From the NCBI GenBank assembly GCA_001724265.1, contig MEDY01000011.1, positions 1 to 64,000 on the forward strand: a stretch of 64,000 nt of DNA, in the 5' to 3' direction. A program made the translations under genes and the position numbers. The notes under the pieces are model-generated. The model was not told the DNA's origin, made no database searches, and worked only from the letters and a program-made list of their open reading frames with translations. This DNA comes from Rhizaria sp. SCN 62-66. Taxonomy: Eukaryota. Positions 47,194 to 58,900 of this stretch are shown here, in pieces (within the stretch, counting starts at the first letter, position 1; each line of letters starts with the position of its first letter).

Positions 47194-47521
47194 GATGCCT
47201 ACTTGTGAAACAACAATATTAATCGTTACCTAGACATCAACAATAAACGCTAAGCTTTTTCCATTCGGCATATCGCTAGGAATGATTTGAGATATAATTT
47301 GTATTTTGATTAAACCTATTAAACACAAATGTGAATGAATGAGCGACTCACTCTACTTGGAGCACGACTTACTATTTTGATACAATGACCATGAGAAATA
47401 TAACGTAACATAACGATGAACAATCATACCACGACATAAAAAGAATCAAGAGCTACTAACATTAAAAACGCAAACCTTCCAACACAATATAGTGCCGAGT
47501 TATTGCTGTTTCTCTTCCTGC

Positions 47522-50500
47522 TTAGTTCTTGTTCTTCTTGCCGCCGCGCTTCTTCCCGCCGCTGCTGGCGCCGTCGCCGTCGCCAGCCCCGCCGTCGCCG
47601 TCGCCGCCAGCCTCAGCGCCCGTGGCCGCGCCATCGGCGTCGCCGTCCTCGGGCGTCTCGGCCGCGGCCGCAGCCTTGGCCGCCGCGGGCTCAGCCGCCA
47701 CAGCGGGGGCCGCGGCCGCAGCCGCAGCAGCCGCAGGGGCAGCCGCCGCAGCCGCAGGCGCCACCGCAGCTGCGGAGGCCGACGCGGACGCGGAGGCCGA
47801 CGCGGTCTCCTCAGCCTCGAACACACGGCGGCTCTGCAGCAGCGCCTGCGTGTTGCGGTAGTGCGTGGCGGCGACCTGGGCCTGGGGCGAGTTGCCCTCC
47901 TTGGCGAGGTTCTCCTCGACCAGCGCGACAAGGCCGCGGAGGAACTTGACCTCGACCGTGGGGCAGCCCTTGTCGTAGAAGTACAGGTACCGGTTCAGGA
48001 TCTCGACGAACAGGTGTGCGTGTGCGCCCATGCACGCGTCGGCGATGTTGAGCGCGCGCTTGAGGCACTGCAGCACGCGGCGCTCGTCGCGGCCCACGTG
48101 GCCGGGCACGGGCTGCGGCGGCAGCGCGGGCTGCGCCGCGGCCGCGGACCCAGGCGGTGCGGGCGCGGACGCCACGGGCCAGAAGAGGTGCGCGCAGTTA
48201 AGGATGGCACGGCACTGGTCGGGCTTGGTGAGCAGACGCGACGAGTACTGCGTGGCCTTGGACGCGAGCGTGTCGTAGTTCTCCTTGTTGAGCGACACGA
48301 AGTTGGGCAGCGAGGCGACGATGAAGGTCAGCGCCGCGATCTGCGCCTTGGAGTCGGCGATCTCGGTCTCGTACGCGATAAACGCCTGCGCGGCGAACTC
48401 GTACGCAATGGCCTCGTGGCCGCACTTGTCGGCGACGAGCGCGGCCTGCATGAACAGCCGAAGCGCGATCTCGGGGTAAGGCTCGACAAGCACGGCGATC
48501 GTCTCGTGGATGAAGTGGAACACGCGCTTCGTCTTGGTCTTGACCGCGGTCGCGCCGGCGGCGGCGTCGTCAGCGGCGGCATCGGCGGTGGCCGAAGTGA
48601 CCGTGAGCGCGTGCTCGCGGGCGTGCGCGCGCTCGGCGAGGCGCAAGGCACCGTAGACGAGCGTGGGCAGCGTGTACGCAATGCGGCGCGGGCCGCCCTG
48701 GCCGAAGTACTTGCGCGCGTTAAGGTAGAGCTTGAAGAGCGTGTCGATGTCGTCCGAAGCGAGCAGCGAGAAGATGCGGCACACGAGGTGCTGCTCCTGC
48801 TCGAACTCGTACGCCTCGGCAGAGTCCGGGTCGGCGGCGGCCGCGGCGGCGGCGTCGTCGCCCGCGGTGGACTTGTCGTCCTTGAGCAGCGGCGACAGCA
48901 GCACGAGCAGCGCGTCGAGCGTGCCGACGTCGTCGAGAGGCGTGCGTGACGCGAGAAGCGCCTCGCAGATGGTCGAGGCCACCTGCTTGCGCTCCGGCAG
49001 CGCCAGCGCGGTGAGCGCGGCGTCGTAGTTGGTCAGCTGCAGCATGCGGATGCCGAGCCCGTGGAGCGGGATCGTGAGCAGACGGATCGTGGCCTGGACG
49101 ACCTTGCTGTCCAAACCGGCGGGGCCCGCGAGGCGGAGCTGCTGGGCGGTGAAGCCGAGTGTCTGGTCCACGAAGTCGATGCGGTCGGGGTGCACGATCG
49201 AGGAGAGCGTGAGCAGCGCGACCTGCAGCGCCAGCACGTCGGCCAGCGGCATCTTGGGGTTGCCCGCGACGATGCGCGCAGTGTACTCGGACAGGATCGG
49301 CATCATGCGCTGGTACAGCGGGTTCGCCGCCAGAGTCGCCGCCGCGGCCGCGGTGCCGGCGCCGCCGTCGATGGCGCCCAGGGCGGTGCGCGCGGCCGTG
49401 GCGAGACGGTCCATGAGCGCAGTGAGGATGTCCTTGGTGTTGACGGCGTCCTGGAGCTGCGAGCAAGCGGCCAGGAAGGTCTCGAGCGTCTCGAGGTGGA
49501 ACTCGTCGGGGAACACCTGTTATAGTCAAAAAAGAAAACAATCAAAATAAAATGAATGAACAATCAGCAAAATGAAATAGAACAACTCGATGACACATTG
49601 AGGAACCAACTAATATTTGATGAAAAATCGAAATCAAAAGAAGGCGTACCTGGATGACGCAGTCCATGAGGAACTCCTGGGCCATGACGTCCTGGCAGTT
49701 GATGACCTGCTCGAGCACGCGCGGCAGCACCTCGGTCTCGTACAGCTGCAGCGTGAGCCCGTTAAGGTTGGACAGACGCACGAGGTCGGTGCCAATGAGC
49801 TCGCGCAGAGAGCGGCGCTCGCGCTCGCGCTTGACACGGTCGCGCACCGAGGCCTGGTGTTGCATGCGAACCCAAAGCTTGTTCATTTCACTGAAGTTCT
49901 GCAGGATGAACTCGATGGCGTCGTGAACGGTGCCGCCCTCGCCCTCGTAGCCGGAGCCGACGTCGGGGAGCTTGTCCTTGGCCATCTGTGACAGGTACGA
50001 GCGCAGGAAGAGGCCGCGCATCGGGTGCTGCACGCCGCGGCACAGCTCAACCAAGTCGAACAGCACGTCCTTGGCGGGAGCGCGCTTAGACTTGATGTAG
50101 GTCGACGCGACGGTGATGAGGAGGTAGAGACGCGGGATGACGTTGCCGCAGTGCTGCACAGTCTCGTACAGGTCCGCCACGTTCTGGCCCTCGGCGCCGT
50201 CGGACTTGAAGTAGCGCGCGTTGATGTCGTCGAAGTGCTCCTCGGCGTCGTTCATCGCCTCGACGACCTTGATCCACAGCTCGTAGTAGGTGCCCGGCGC
50301 GAGCTTGGCCGTGCGGAGATGCTGGACGACCTGGGACGCGTGGGAGAGCGCGCTCACGATGTTGTTCTGGTCGAAACCGCGCTTCATAAAGTACACGCTG
50401 CGCTTAATGTGCTCCACGGCGCGCGCCAGAAGCTCGCTCTCGTCCATGGGCTGAGCAGCCTGTGACGCGGAAAATAAGGGAAGGTGCGTAGTGAGCGGAG

Positions 50501-50700
50501 TCAGGGGATGTGAGAAGGTGTACAAAGAGTTGATAATGGGGGGTGGTACTGAAAATAGTAACATTTTAGTATATGCGCGCTATGTTGATGTCTACAGGGC
50601 ATGACTTTGAGGCATGAAACAATGAATATGACCACGGTAGGCGGGCGGATATTGGGTAGGCGAGAGGACAAGGACGTACCCCAGCAGCTTGGCCTGACAT
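47522..50700 (-). CDS. VPS35: Retromer subunit VPS35, about 941 aa
   Basis: Exons 50700-50680, 50459-49650 and 49516-47522 with phase-0 GTACG..CAG introns. Motifs GNVIPRLYLLITV, CRGVQHPMRGLFLRSYL, NFSEMNKLWVR and DCVIQ|VFPDEFHL. Stop TAA. Confidence 0.97.
49517..49649 (-). other. Spliceosomal intron, 133 nt (VPS35); reference example of this genome's introns
   Basis: GTACGC donor, T-rich body, ACAG acceptor. Removal restores the conserved IQ-VFPDE. Confidence 0.95.
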
Positions 50701-51425
50701 CGTTGGTAGGGACGCGGAAGGCCTACATAAAGCAACAGAAACGGTAGAGAACGGAAGGTAAGTCAAATATCAAATCATCTAGCCGTGTCATGGCCTTTGT
50801 GGAGACATAAAAACCGCTGTGGAGCGGCTGGCAGAGAAGAGACGTCACCACTCATGGAAGCGAGCACAGCGCATCAAAATCGATATAATACATCCCCAAG
50901 ACCAACGTCACTACCGCTATAATTGAAGCACATAAACAAACCCACACACACGTTTCTAAACAATCCAAAAACACAATAACTTCCAGAGCACAAAGACAGA
51001 TATCTCCTTCCCAACAGACGGGCACCAAGCGCCTTTGGCTCAGTCTCTGCTTGGCCTCGCTCCCACTCGGTCGATCACTCGGTCGGTTTGTGAAGAGACC
51101 GCTAGGGAAGCGAGACTGCTGAACTCGGGAAGTTAAGCCGCGCGTGGAACTATACATTTTTTCATTTGTGGGGCCTATGGCATCGCTGCAGGACTGAGAG
51201 CATGTTTGTTTAGCCTGTTGGACTTTATTCTTGCTTTGGTCCGGTGTATATTTGCGCCAACGGTTGCTGTAGACGCCGGAGTATCTCGCTGAAGTCTGAG
51301 CACGCGAGCGCCAACAACCAACTGGGCCTGGCGTCAAACACATCCAGCTGGCCGCCCTGAACGTTGAATATCGTGGCGTTCGACTCGAAGCTACTCCAGG
51401 CCATTTTCTAGCGCGCCGTGTTGCT

Positions 51426-51669
51426 ATGCAGCTATTCAACGCCATCTTGTGCTCCGTACACCCATCTCGAGCTGATGGGTCCTCCACCCTCGACCCAAGA
51501 CGTCTTCTTCGTTATATCCACGCCGAGATTGGCCCGCTGCCTCCTCACCACCAAGTATGTGTATTTAGTTCAGTATTGACACCCCTTTGCATTGCTCACA
51601 CTTTTACTGCCTTTCTATCTCCCCTTCAAATCGCGTCCTGACGCTGCTCATCCTGCTCTCCAGGCGTAA
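51426..51669 (+). CDS. Spliced 44-aa small ORF, probable uORF of the PP2A-B56 transcript
   Basis: ATG at 51426, 43 codons, phase-0 intron 51555-51663 (GTATGT..CTGAC..CTCCAG), then GCG TAA. Confidence 0.5.
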
Positions 51670-52394
51670 CCACCCTCCCATCCTCGCTGCGTGTTGCTGA
51701 GCCCACTCTCTGCAACAGTTGCCCAAGACTGGCGTCGGGAGCGTTTCCGCCTGTCTTTGCGCACAAGCTCTTATCGTTTCTGTTTGCTGGCTCGCCCGCG
51801 CATCCTCCGTCTCGGCGTCCGTCACCGCGGTGCCGTCGCTGCTGCTGCTGCGCCAGAACCACCTCCGTTCGCTCTTCGCTCTCGCTCTCTCTGTGGTCTC
51901 GGTCGTCGCCGCTCGCTCACCCGCGCCGTTGCCGACATCGTCACCGCCGCACCCGTCGCCGCACCGCAGTCTCAGCGCCCGTGAGTGTCGCTGCTTCTGT
52001 CGCCGTCGCCGTCGCTGTCGCGCTGCCCCCCTCTCTCTCAAGCAGACCCGAGTTTAAGTCAGTACACGAGCTCTGTCGCTGTCACTGTCTGTGCTCGCTC
52101 CCGCGCTTACCCGCCAGTCTCAGTGCACTAGATTGCTGTCGCTGTTGCTGCTACTGCTGCTGAGACGCCTTGCTCGTTCAGCCGCCTGTCTCTAAGCGTC
52201 AGAGTCTGTGTCACCCTCGACGGTTAGCCACTCAGCCAGCCTTCCTGTTCTGCGGTGTTGTCTGACAGCTTCCGCGGCCAGCTCAGCTTGACTCAGAGTC
52301 TCAGCCCTACAAAGCTGTCTGTCGTCGTTGACTTACAGGAGCCGCATTAGCAGTTTCTGTCAGCACAACAGTCTAGTCTTGTTTCTTAACTAAC

Positions 52395-52531
52395 GTACGC
52401 GTGCAGCTGGCTTACCGTTGGTTGTTTTTTGCCCTGTTAGTTTCATTTAACTTAACACAGAGAAAACAGCAGTGCATACGTGTCACCTGCTTATCTCTTT
52501 CTCTTTCACCCACGCTACGCTACCGTTCTAG
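52395..52531 (+). other. Probable 5'UTR intron of PP2A-B56, 137 nt
   Basis: GTACGC donor, pyrimidine tract, TTCTAG acceptor; size matches the other introns. Confidence 0.55.
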
Positions 52532-52758
52532 GCTCGTCTCTCAGTCTAGTTCAGTTCGTTGCAAACTTACTTAGTCCAACTCTACCCCATCACTGTCCGT
52601 CCGCGCCGCTCTATATAGCATCTAGCAGCGCACGCCCATAGTCTCACTAAACACCTCGCCACAGCCACAGCAATCGTCTCTATCGCACATACTCCCTCCT
52701 CGCAAAACTCACTCGATACTCAACCACAGCGGGTCAACACACAGAGAACTGTCGTAAG

Positions 52759-54492
52759 ATGAGTGCCCCATTGTCCACAGCGTCCGCGGGCGGCGGCGAA
52801 GAGAAGTCCGCCTCCGACCTCGGCGAGTACGTCGCCAACAAGTCCCTCGCGCGCTGCCGTCAGGCGCGCTCTGTGTCGCGCGCAGTGCTTATCCACAATC
52901 TGCCTTCGCTGCGGGACGCCGCTCCGTCGCAGCGCCAGCGCCTGTTCAAGAAGAAGCTGCGGCTGTGCTCGTACATCTTCGAGTTCGGGACCGAGTCCGC
53001 GGACCCGGAGCAGGACGGGCTCGACAAGGAGCTCAAGCGCACCACACTGCTCGACCTTATCAACTTCCTCTCCATCTTTAAGCCGGCCTTCACAGACGAC
53101 CAGCTGGGGGAGATCTTCGAGATGATCTACCTCAACCTCTTCCGCCCCTTGCCCGCCAACGGCGCCGAGCGCCGCACGCCTTACGCGCCCGAGGACGAGG
53201 ACGACGTGCCTGGCCCGTCGTGGATGCACCTCCAGGTCGTGTATGAGTTCCTGCTCCGGCTCGCCACGGCGACCGAGACGGACTCGAAGCTGCTGGATCG
53301 CTACTTCTCCCAGTCCTTCGTGCTGGGGCTGCTGGAGCTGTTCGACTCCGAGGACATCCGCGAGCGCGACTACCTCAAGACGATCCTGCACCGCATCTAC
53401 GGCAACTTCATGTCGCTGCGGCCCTTCATCCGCCGCTCCATCAACAACATCTTCTTCCGGCTCATCTACGAAACGGACCGGCACAACGGCGTGGCCGAGC
53501 TGCTCGAGATCCTGGGCTCGATCATCAACGGCTTCGCGCTGCCGCTCAAGGACCAGCACAAGCAGTTCCTTGCCAAAGTCCTGCTCCCGCTGCACAAGGT
53601 GTCGCGCATCGACTCGTTCCACGCGCAGCTGTCGTACTGCGTAACGCAGTTCATCGACAAGGACCCCACGCTGGCGTCGGGCATCATCCTCGCGCTGCTC
53701 AAGGTCTGGCCGCAGACGGCGCACAAGAAGGAGCTCATGCTGCTCAACGAGGTCGAGGAAGTGCTGTACCGCGTGCACTCACGCTACCTGGGCGACGCGC
53801 AGATCCCGCTCTTCCGCCAGCTCGCGCGCTGCATCCACTCGCCGCACTTCCAGGTCTCGGAGCGCGCCATCTACATCCTCAGCAACGAAGTCATGGTGCG
53901 CTTCGTGGCGACCCACCGCCAGACGCTGTTCCCCGTGCTCGCCGACGCGCTTTTCTCCAACACGCACCTGGCCAACGGCGGCGTGTCGCCCACGTCCTCA
54001 GTGACGGCCACGGGCGAGCCCTCGACGTGGGTGCCCGGCGCGTCGACGCGCCCGCACGGACACTGGAACGCGACGATCGTGGAGCTCACGGCCGACGTGC
54101 TTAAGACGTTCGGCGAGATGGACGCCGCGACGCTGCGCGCCTGCAAGGACCACTTCGACGCAACGGTGCAGACCGAGATCGCCACGCGCACCGTCCGCGC
54201 GCAGCGCTGGGCCGCCGTGACCGCGATGGGCGCGGCCGTCGCCGAGCGCCTCGCCAAGGTGCACGCCGCTAACGCTAAGGCCCGTGGGGAGCGCGCGCTG
54301 GGCACGTTCCGCCCCATCCCGGGCACAAACTGGACCGGCGGGGCCAACGTGCCCACGCCCGTCGCCGCGCCCGGGGTCACCGGCGCTGCGGCGGCCGCGG
54401 CGGCCAACGGCGGCGTCGTCAGCGGCGCACAGATGGCGCAGGCCGCGGCCGCGGCGGGGACGCCACTCACGGCCGGGTACCGGCGCTCGTAA
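52759..54492 (+). CDS. PPP2R5: Protein phosphatase 2A regulatory subunit B' (B56), 577 aa
   Basis: Motifs LFKKKLRLC, PSWMHLQVVYEFLLR, LLELFDSEDIRERDYLKTILHRIYG, HNGVAELLEILGSIINGFALPLK, SPHFQVSERA and GHWN. Stop TAA. Confidence 0.97.
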   Translation: MSAPLSTASAGGGEEKSASDLGEYVANKSLARCRQARSVSRAVLIHNLPSLRDAAPSQRQRLFKKKLRLCSYIFEFGTESADPEQDGLDKELKRTTLLDLINFLSIFKPAFTDDQLGEIFEMIYLNLFRPLPANGAERRTPYAPEDEDDVPGPSWMHLQVVYEFLLRLATATETDSKLLDRYFSQSFVLGLLELFDSEDIRERDYLKTILHRIYGNFMSLRPFIRRSINNIFFRLIYETDRHNGVAELLEILGSIINGFALPLKDQHKQFLAKVLLPLHKVSRIDSFHAQLSYCVTQFIDKDPTLASGIILALLKVWPQTAHKKELMLLNEVEEVLYRVHSRYLGDAQIPLFRQLARCIHSPHFQVSERAIYILSNEVMVRFVATHRQTLFPVLADALFSNTHLANGGVSPTSSVTATGEPSTWVPGASTRPHGHWNATIVELTADVLKTFGEMDAATLRACKDHFDATVQTEIATRTVRAQRWAAVTAMGAAVAERLAKVHAANAKARGERALGTFRPIPGTNWTGGANVPTPVAAPGVTGAAAAAAANGGVVSGAQMAQAAAAAGTPLTAGYRRS

Positions 54493-55928
54493 GCAGAGCA
54501 GAGCAAGTGCGCAGAATAGCGCTTTGAAGATCAAACTGCGCAAACACGGTAGCAATGCAAAGTTTAGCATCAGATCGAAGTTGTGTCAAGGTCGTGTTAG
54601 ATGGCTCACTGTTGAAGTGAGGTCGAAATTCCGGCCCGCTCAGTGTGTCTGTAACTGCACACCGCTTTACGGTATGATACGATATGATGCTATGCTATGC
54701 TAGACTGGGCTCCTAAGTCTATCTCTCTCGTGTTGCACTCGCTGACTCGGGTGCTCATGGCGCTGGTTGCACTGTATTGCATTGTACTGTGCAGCACTGC
54801 AACGCGCTGTCTTGTGATGTCTTGTGCTGCATGTCACTGCGAGGCAGTGCCGTTCAGCTTTTGCTGTGTATAGATTTATACGCTCTGTTCGTCTGAGTGT
54901 GTGAGTGTATGAGTGAAGATTCTCGTCGTCGGTTGGGTGTAGTTAGCTGGCTGTCCGATTGGACTATGCGTTTAATTCTGTATAGTGCAGTCAGTCAAGC
55001 AATCCTCCCGTGGCTTTGGAAAGTGTGTGTATGTGAGGCACACGGCTTGACTTTGAGGCCGTGTGTCCTGTATAGGATGAGAACACGTGTGTGGAAGGTA
55101 GACTTTTGATGGAACATCTAGTATTGGAATAGGAATTGGAATCGTGGAAGAGTTTATAAGTATTATAGAAGCTACAGACCGAAAAAACAATTAAAATTAT
55201 TGGTATATCAAGGAACGAAAATCAAAACAAGAACAAAATCAAATCACTGGTCAACATGGGGAATATTTGCATAACCTACTGCCTTCCTTTGAAGGCTGTC
55301 TTATCAACAAGCAACAACAACAAAAAACAGAAACATATAGCGATGCTAGTGACCTTGGCGATATGTTCATACGGTCAGGAAGCTATGAGGATGACGATGA
55401 CGACAACGGTGAGGCAAGACGAGATTGTTAGCAATAGTAACTCCTGTCGCAACTGAAGTTGTGCGTTGGTGTCTTAGACACTTAACACCGCGCGCAGACC
55501 GACTTGTTGACCGATCTTGTGGTCGTCAGAATCAATACAAACATCATGTCTAATACTTAAACAATCTACTATGCTTGCTTTTCACTGCAACAATCTCCCG
55601 AAGTGTGACTCGTTTTAAAGTGCACCATGGGCGGGCGATGTTGATCGTGGGTGACTTGGCGGGATGAGCTTCTGGGTGAGTTTGAAAGTTCAACTGAGAA
55701 CATCTCGATCAAATTACCGTCAGGCAAAATGTCACAACATTATGGAATTTAGCGCACATATTTAAGCTCAATTTCTTTATTATAACTCTTCTTTGCTTGT
55801 TTTAGTGCTAGATTTCCGCATCAGAGGACACGACGAGGTAACCGTTGAAGAGCCATCGCCCACAGCAGCCGCTCCCTTGTCCACAGCATCGTTTTCGCCA
55901 CAGTTGTCTCTTCTGCGACTGCTTCCGC

Positions 55929-58900
55929 ATGGACCTTGGTCCAAAGCCCGCGCCCGTACGGCGTGGCAAGGCCATGAGCATTGTAGATACCACGTACCGT
56001 GAGTTCTTGACCCTGCTCTCAAAGAAGCAGCACCGAGAGTACGTCGTCATCGGTCAATTCATCGCATAACTCAGCAGAATAGTACTTTGTCGGTTGTGGG
56101 TGATATTATTGTGCTTTCCATCTTATTTTGTTTTATTAATTGTGGTTTTGTCGTTTCTAGGGCGCTTTATCGCATCAAGAACGGCGCGCCCATGGTCGAC
56201 ACCCGCCTTGCTCCGCTCTTCTCGTCCTCTTTCTTTCACGACGGCGGAGATATCAACGCGCGCGTTGCCGCCGCGCGCATCCGCAACGACAACCGCGCGC
56301 TTTCTGCGCAGCTCCGCCGCATCCGTGCGCAGCCCTCAGCCTCGCTCGCTCTCGTGGGACTGCTGCCTAGAAAGTAGCAACCTTCTCGAACTGCGAATCA
56401 ACAACAGCAGCGTCATGTGTCTCATGCGTCTGCTGATGGTGATACCAACGAGCTTGTTAATTACACTAATGACAATGTTAACTGTGATTATGAATACGGC
56501 GACGCCGATTACAACGGCGACAACTACGACAACTACAACGACGGTGACTATGCCAACATCGCGAATGACTCTAGTCCCACCGCCGCCGCCGCCGTGGGTC
56601 CGATTTCGCGCGGCCCCGTGCGCCACTACCGCGAGCGCCACCCCATGCCAGTGTACCAGCACGCGGGCGCCGCGCGCCGCGCCGCCGCGCTGGCTGCCGG
56701 CGCCGCCGACCACCGCCGTCGCGCCGCCCGCTGCGCCGCCATGAAGGGGCAGGTTTTGATCAACCTGAGCGAGAACTGGCCGCGCGTGTTTGCTCGGCAC
56801 AAGCAGACGCTGGCGATCCAGGCGGGGCGGCCGCGCAAGGGCAACTCGCAGCGCGCGCTGCCGCGGGAGGAGTGGGCCGGACGTGTGCTGAGGGAGAAGC
56901 TCGCCATCGAGGCGGAGGCGGAGATCGCTGCAAACACGGTACGCCGTACATGAAGTGAATAACAGACTCTTCTTTTTTTGAATGTGATCTTGCAATGAAA
57001 ATATAATGTGTTTAATCTCACTTTTGTTGTATTTTTGTTTTGCTGTGTTATATCGTCTATATTTAGGCGGAGGAGCTGACTCTTGCTAGCCGTGCCGCCG
57101 CCCCGCCGCGCCGTCCCCAGACTGCCAACGCCGCCGCCGCCGCAGCGGCCAGCGAGTGGGCGCCGGCGCTGCCCGCGCCCGCAGGCGCGATGGTTAAGGT
57201 TGGCGGCCACTTGGTGCCGTCTGCGGAGGTGGCGCTGACGCATCCTTACTATGACCCGACGCTGCACGCACAGGTACGCTGGACTGCAATCGCTCTCTTA
57301 AACTGAAACATGTCACGTTGTATTGATTGTTTCAATCATATGCAGTGCATATGTCTTTTTTGTATCATTCACAACTGCTTTCATTTATTTTTTACTTCGC
57401 ACACATGTTACGCAGACCTCTGTTGAGGCGAAACGCGCCTGGCGCCGTGCCCGCGCAGTTGCACTCTCCCTTTCTCACAACAACAATAACAACAACGACG
57501 ATAACAACGCCTCCAGTCGCGGCACTGAGCAGAATGATGACGAAACCGTTGAGCTCGATGTTGAAGTGGACGCCGCGCTGGCAACGCTGTTGCGCGCGTA
57601 TGGTGTGAAGCTGGACTTAAGCACTCTGTCTGAAGAGGAGTTGTCCGCCGTGGAAGGGTTCCTGATGCAGCAGCAAGAGCTGGAGCAGGAGTTTGACCAA
57701 GATCAAGAGCAAGATCAAGATCAAGAGGAAGGGCAGCTTGTTGAACACGTTGAATATGGCAACGACGCGCAAGATAAGGAGCGCTCTCAAGAGCTTAACG
57801 ATACAGCTCAGCAGCAACAGCCACGGCAGCATCGGCCGCAACAACAACGCCCTTATAGCGGCTCCCGTGTCACGTTCAGCACTGACTCTCAGCAGCAACA
57901 GCAGAAGCAGCAGCGCCCCCGCCCCGCCACCGCCCAGCCCCGGGCCCACAGTCGCGGGTACGGTCCTGGCCACGGCCACGGTCAGGGCCAGGGCCAGGGC
58001 CAGAGCCGGGTGACCGGTGGCGGCGGCGTGGGGCCGGGGCTGGCCGCACTGGACCCGGCATCTGCGCTGGGCCGGTCCGTGGCCGCAGCGGAACAGAGCC
58101 GGCGCCAACAGCAGCTCGAGCAGCAGCAGCAGTACCAGCAGCATCTGGAGCAAAAGAAACAGCAGCAACAACAACAGCAGAAGCAGCAGCAAATGCAGCG
58201 GCAGCGGAGCCCCAGCCCCGCCCGGCCCGACTCATCCCTCTCGTCCTCGTGCCCACAGTCCCGCTCGCAGTCCCGCGCGGCGCAGCCGTCGTCGCGGCCT
58301 CCGTCCGCGCTGGCACAGGCGGCGGGCTTTCGCCCCGGCGGGCCCGCGCTGTCACTGGCCGAGACCACGGCGCTGCGCGCGCCCGCCGCGCCGCCGCGGT
58401 TCACGGCGCTGGGGCCGGCGGGGTCCTACGGACAGGGTTACGGTCTGCAACCGCATCCGCAGCAGCCGCAGTCGCTGCAGCGTGGGCGGGAATTCAGTCA
58501 GTACCGCGGTGGTTCTAACGACAACATGAGTAGCGCTGCGTATAATGATGGTGAAGATGAGGGTCGCGACGACTATGATGGCTTCCATGATGGTAACTAT
58601 GGCTCTCATGCACTAGCTATCTATCACCAACAACCGCAACAGCTGCCGCAGCAGCACAACTCTCGCCCACCGTCTCAAGCGCAGTCACCCCCTCACTCAT
58701 CATACTCGCAATCACAACAACAACAACAGCAGCAGCAGCAGCAGCAACCGCAGCAGGTTTGTGCGCGCCCGCCCTCAGCAGCAGCCCTTCGCCACGCCAC
58801 TCTGTCCCGTCCCCCGATCGCGGGCCCCCGCCCCTCTACTATGACGGCGCCGCCCGTCGCGCCCAACGTCTTCGACTTACAGCCTGCGACGAGCGCTGAG

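Noticed and set aside
50755-50766. ACTTACC on the minus strand resembling the U1 snRNA 5' end
   Set aside because: Not the full ATACTTACCTG; no U1 stem-loops or Sm site follow; it lies in the VPS35 leader.
56374-56574. Possible 201-nt in-frame intron (GTAGCA..CTAG) that would remove the first TAG
   Set aside because: Disfavoured but not excluded. The donor lacks the +5 G present in all confident donors, there is no pyrimidine tract, and the segment is an open D/N/Y-rich frame. No nearby phase-compatible acceptor was found for the second TAG.
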